Shown: positions 58,724 to 64,000 of the stretch, one piece after another
How the letters are laid out: the number at the start of each line of letters is the position of its first letter
How positions within the stretch are numbered: the first letter of the stretch is position 1
The notes under the pieces: model-generated
The model's input: only the letters and a program-made list of their open reading frames with translations
What the model was told of the DNA's origin: nothing
Database searches by the model: none
Assembly: GCA_051362555.1 (NCBI GenBank)
Contig: CM120648.1
Location: forward strand, 1,465,721 to 1,529,720
Reading direction: 5' to 3'
DNA from: Lingula anatina
Lineage: Eukaryota > Animalia > Brachiopoda
DNA length: 64,000 nucleotides
Position numbers and translations under genes: made by a program

Positions 58724-60799
58724 AAACAGACTGCATTGCCTACTGAAGCTGTATTTTAGTCCCATGTTTCTTTCCTGTAAGTTTGAGAACAGTAAGTGAC
58801 ATGATTTTCCTTAAATGGTCATCATGGAAGCAGTGCCCAAAATAGGGGTTTCTTCAAATTTTGATGCAATATTACATAATGTTTAACAGCTTAATGACCA
58901 TCAATTTTTAATTATAAAATATTTGTATCACAGATATTCAGAAAATGTGACTAGCAAAGGTCTTCAGGCCCATGGAACTTCAAAGTCACGCCTTGAAAAT
59001 GCCAAAATGTAAACAAGACAGCACTGTTCTGAAATGGGTTTATTTCCATTTTTAACACTTTTTTAACATAAAACAAAATAAACATTTTACTGCCATTTTT
59101 ATATGACCAACTAAGAAAATTGATGAGATGGGAAAAGTATCAATAGAACAGTGTTAAATGTCCAATTTCCTCCATTCTGAGATTCTGAACATAGTGGATG
59201 ATTGAATCTGACAAACTGCAATGATATGAGTTTATTTCCATTTTTGACACTTTATTACACAATACATGATAACAAGTTTACCATGTTTTTTACATAATCA
59301 ACTAACAATGTTGTAAAGATGCAGGAAATATCAAACAAACACTTTTAGGCATCTTATTAGTTAAATAATGAGACTGTTAACAGGCCTAATAATTGAATCT
59401 GAGGAAATGTGAAAAAAACAGTATAACTTCTAAAATAATGGCCCGATTATGCTGATTTTCGAACTCAACCTGCGTTTTAGTAAGATTGACCACTCCTGTG
59501 AATATAATTACAATTGGCCAATCCATTTTTCTTATATTGTGTTATCAGTGTTGCATTTATATTGAAAATAGTGAAAAAACAGCATAAATTCCCTCAAAAT
59601 GGCCCAATCATGCTGATTTTCGAACTTGACCTGCGTATTATGAATATTCATCAGTTCTGTAACTTTCAAGTCAAAAGGTAAAATGGTTTTTCACTTATCG
59701 TGTTATCGGTGCTGCATATATGCTGAAAAAAGTGAAAAAACAGCATAAATTCCCTAAAAGTGACCCGATCATGCTGATTTTCGAACTTGACCTGCGTATT
59801 ATGAATATTCATCAGTTCTGTAACTTTCAAGTCAAAAGGTAAAATGGTTTTCCACTTATCGTGTTATCGGTGCTGCATATATGCTGAAAAAAGTGAAAAA
59901 ACAGCATAAATTCCCTTAAAGTGACCCGATCATGCCAATTTTCGAACTTGACCTGCGTATTATGAATATTCATCAGTTCTGTAAGTTTCAAGTCAAAAGG
60001 TAAAATGGTTTTCCACTTATCGTGTTATCGGTGCTGCATATATGCTGAAAAAAGTGAAAAAACAGCATAAATTCCCTAAAAGTGACCCGATCATGCTGAT
60101 TTTCGAACTTGACCTGCGTATTATGAATATTCATCAGTTCTGCAAGTTGCAAGTCAAAAGGTAAAATAGTTTTCCACTTATCGTGTTATCGGTAAAAGTG
60201 CACGGCGACGACGGCGACGACGGCGACGACAGACGCAGATGATGGCTATATGTACAGACACATCTGTGTCTGTACATAAAAAGACTCTCACTGCCCTTTT
60301 CAGTTCCTGTGTATACAGACAGTAGTCTGAACATGTAGCCATCACTCTGCTGCATGTCATACGGGTTTTTAGTTTAACTTTAGCTATGATTGACCCGGTT
60401 TCTTCAAATATCCTGAGGTTATAGTCATGGCTAAAACATACATGTTCAACCCGAAATCAGACCACGTGAAATTCAGAATCATTACTCTAAAAAAAGTTTG
60501 ACATTTTCGTGAATTTTAATGGTGTCACCAGAATTCATGATAATTCAGTCTATAAAATAAACTATAAATAACTATATACATGTGTATGTATGGTTTTCAT
60601 GCTTTGGACTTAGACTGCGCTATCCAAGGTATATCGGGGGAGTTCTAGGATTAGCTCCTGGCACATTCAAGAAGATAAACGGTTTTCCTAATAATTACAT
60701 AAGATGGGGCGGAGAGGACGACGATTTTTATCTCAGGTAAGTTAAATAAATAACGTTAATAGGAATCTTTATAACTAAGGTAAATCGTTATGACCCACA

Positions 60800-60833
<34 letters not shown>

Positions 60834-61469
60834 CTGCGGCTTGTCAACCTCAAACTGTTGTCCATATATGAATGCGTATCATATTGTAAAAAGAATGTAT
60901 TGTGAATTTTGCTTTCAGTCACTTCGTTATTTTGCAGAAAAAGTGATATCAACAGGTGCGCAGCTGAGGTCGTTGTTACCTTAGCCTGCCGTATATCACC
61001 TTTGAAAAACGATCTTGTTTTTTTCTAGGAGTGTCTTTCAAAGAGTTCCTATTGAGCATGCCAGCGAAATTTCCGGCGTGTACAGAGTTCTTAACCATTC
61101 GCGTTTGCCTGGCTACGCCAACAGTGAGAAGTGAGTTTTCATAATTACGAAAGGGGGGGGGGGGGAGGGGAGGGGGGCTGCACAGCCCCGATAATATCCT
61201 GGGGCTGTTAGCTGGGATTGAAAGGCCTAATGTTATTCTAAGGACAAATTACATTATTCTGTCTTATTATATGTCATAAAAAATACGTACTTTCACGTCA
61301 GATCAAATGCCTCCATTCGGAAGAATGCACAGTAATTAAACGTTTTTTACGAGGCACTCATATTTTATTTATGATTTATTTTATTCCCGGTGACATAAGT
61401 TCAAATGTTTTCGTGAAATTTTGCTTGGACCCACTGTCGATGTTTAATGCTACTCGATCCAGTGAAATT

Positions 61470-61552
<83 letters not shown>

Positions 61553-61770
61553 CTGCAAAGTTTTCAATGCCGCATAGCTTTCGTTGAAAATGAAGATCAT
61601 ATTTCATAATTCCTAGACGCCGCATGGTCCAGTTTGCCGCCGCCCTGTATTGGCATCACGGACCGTGGGACAACGGACTGAATACATTAAACTACACCCG
61701 ACTAGCTCTAGAATATCGACCAACATACACGTGGATCAAATTTAATTTTGATCAGAACAACATGATGAAG
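56436..61770 (+). CDS. GT7-family beta-1,4-galactosyltransferase-like protein, copy 3 (7 exons seen; 3' exons presumably beyond the window)
   Basis: Exons 56436-56533, 56749-56834, 57348-57580, 57703-57893, 60614-60736, 61029-61130, 61617-61770; FQDVD, LRYPRYIGGV, NGFPNNYIRWGGEDDD. Confidence 0.87.
58119..60281 (+). mobile_element. Helentron/HINE-like non-autonomous element with an internal 161-bp array
   Basis: 5' AACAAG start with sub-terminal TGTACAGACA, central tandem array, (GACGGCGAC)n microsatellite, 3' palindrome TATGTACAGACACATCTGTGTCTGTACATA followed by an A-run. Confidence 0.75.
59410..60192 (+). repeat. 161-bp tandem repeat (~4.8 copies)
   Basis: TGC..ATTTTCGAACT..ACCTGCG recurs at about 59450, 59611, 59772, 59933 and 60094. 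Confidence 0.93.
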
Positions 61771-62313
61771 GTACGCGAGTGTAAAACTTTATCGTAAAGA
61801 CTGCACAGAATTTAATGTTAAAACGTCGAATAAATAGATAGATAGATAGACGAGTACGTTGGGAACAGGAGGAGGCGTGTTTATCTGTTAATGTGATGGC
61901 ATTCAGCCAGAGCCCCCTCGTAAATTGCTCGATCTTTTTAGGGTAATTCTACCCCTTCCAAATTTTTAGTTTTTTCAATGTTCATGGCATAACGACCATT
62001 CATACGAGATTCAAAATTCCATGAATAAATACATTGTCAACAACACATAGAAATATGATTAATTTCAATTTACCACCAAACCGACTAGGAATTATTCTGT
62101 AACCTGTGCTTGCATCGGACCACGTGCCTTCAAAGGTGGCTTTCATCCGTAATAGTGTCTTAAGAGACTATTACATAAAAACTCTGATTTTCGGAATGGA
62201 TTCATTATTCCAATGCTGGCGCCCCCTATCTTTATCTTTAATTCGATGTATAACCTCTACCTGGCCCCAGTTTCACTAAAAAAAACTTAAGTCAGTTCCC
62301 TGGCTTAGTTGAC

Positions 62314-63215
62314 TAGTAGTCTGGATGACTGGTGCTATATTTTGGCCAAATTGCTCAAAATGTGGAAAAAGCATGAAACTTGGCACAATTGTTCTTTGGT
62401 CTATGCTGATCATTTTCAAGGGCAGTGCCCAAAATTTCCAAGCGTTGCTTAGCAACCGTTGCTATGGAAGTGAATTTCCTTAGTAACAAGCTAATTAGAC
62501 CTTTCTTGTCCAGTTTAAAAAGTTTATAAATGCTAATAACTATGTTTCAGTGCATCAGAACTATCACTAGACTATTTTAAGGCAATTAAAACCCAAATTA
62601 ACCTTAGCCACGATTGCTAGGCAGCATATTACCCTAGCAACAAGCATTTAAAGTTGCGTTAGTCTATTAAGTAAGGCAAATCTATAATACTAGCTAAGAA
62701 CTACACTTTTGAGCAAGATGTTCATACTTTTAATCCAGTAAGTTGAACCAATTGTGTGTTTACACACATCCGATCAAATAAATTGCCAGTGCAGATACTT
62801 AAGGCAGCATGTTCAAAATTAGTAACCAGCCATTTCCATGCTTTTATCACCTTACGACTCTTTATAAAACTTTGCAATAGTTAATAATAATAATAATAGT
62901 TAATTCTCCCTTGTATGTGCAATATACAGTGCATTTTGCCCTTGCACATTGTCAGCCTCTACATCTGCACCTACATGCACACTGGAGCAACTCTGAACAG
63001 GTCAATAGCTTTTGGCAAATGTGTCCACTTAGGCCCACTGTTCTGCACAAGTCCAACCAGAGTGAGCACATGGTATCTGATGACATGGCACCGTAGTGCT
63101 GATTCAGATATGTTCATCTCGCAAGAATACTCTTATATATAGTAGAGCAGCCTTGGTGGAAGTAAGATATGGCATCTAACGGCCTTTGGGTGTGAACAGA
63201 AACTTTTGAACTTTA
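62314..63215 (-). mobile_element. Decayed Academ-like DNA transposon end (Cys-rich C-terminal fragment plus terminus)
   Basis: Minus-strand broken translation KFLFTPKGR*MPYLTSTKAALL..WTHLPKA..CSELLQCACRCRCRG*QCARAKCTVYC (about 63205-62910) resembles the Cys8 C-terminus of AcademX-type proteins; putative TAG terminus near 62314-62317 with repeated TTGCTA/TAGCAAC motifs. Confidence 0.55.
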
Positions 63216-64000
63216 TTGATTAACAAATAGAATTAAAATAGAACCATGCTGAACTGACAAAATACAATGTGAAAAAACTTTTTAGAAAATATTGAACAAA
63301 ATGAAAAAAAACTTGGAAATCTGGTCTCTGAGAAACCTTTCAATAATAGGAAAGTCAACAGTGGTTTAACCTTTAGTATTTCTCATCTTACGTAGGGCAT
63401 GTATAAACTCTCCTACCAGCCCCCCCCCCCTCCCTCAATACTTAAAATATGCATATCATACAGACTTGACATTTAATATGGAATATTTTTTTCGAAATAA
63501 TTTTTTATCAGTTTTTTCCTATTTTGCGGACTGATAAATGAAAATAAGGATTAAAATCGTGTTTTAATAACTTTAAATTATCTATTTGATGTCATTGTGA
63601 CATCAGTTCATTAATGGAATTCGCCAGAGAAACAAACAAAAACACATTGCCTATTCTATGTCATACGACTCCCATTAAAAGAGATATTTTGGATCTCCAT
63701 AGTTTCCAAATTATCGTCTGTAAAAGGGTAATACGCTCCACAAAAGACCCTCATGTCAGTTGCTAGTCACAGTAATGGTCGTTGTTACGCCTGGCCTCTT
63801 CGTGGCTGTTGCCAGCGCTCTCAAGCGGCAAGGCATTTCTTGAGGGTAGGTTTTTAGAGTTCAATCTGGAATAGCATTCTAGGCATCGGTCTGAAATTGT
63901 CCAATCTGGTCCAGTTTTGATGTAGGACATGTAGGCAGTTGATTGGTGAGTAATGGTCTACCGAAATATTGACTATGTGGTTCAAATATGGCGATTTTGA

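Noticed and set aside
59410-60192. Possible CRISPR-like array
   Set aside because: Head-to-tail 161-bp units with no unique spacers and no cas genes in a eukaryotic intron. The same applies to the ~79-bp repeat at 33045-33269.

Overview
AT-rich, intron-containing animal genomic DNA; the repeat families suggest a lophotrochozoan such as a mollusc (inference). Host genes on the + strand, left to right: (1) 21 coding exons of a class IA PI3K p110 beta/delta-type gene whose 5' end lies outside the window; (2) a six-exon, 304-aa gene I cannot assign to a family (N-myristoylation motif, UIM-like helix, C-terminal TM); (3) RCC2; (4) MBLAC2; (5) three tandem GT7 beta-1,4-galactosyltransferase-like paralogs with altered donor-binding residues, the third running off the window. 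An intact 8.55-kb Gypsy LTR retrotransposon sits about 310 bp upstream of the first GT7 copy. It has visually identical LTRs, a CTTG TSD, a tRNA-Ser PBS, a PNMA-like gag and a -1 frameshift signal with a predicted pseudoknot, and its empty site is preserved in the second GT7 copy. Also present: several MITEs, a tRNA-derived SINE, a Helentron-like element with a 161-bp array, and Rex1 LINE and Academ-like remnants. All exon models and alignments were made by eye; family assignments rest on recalled motifs, not database searches.
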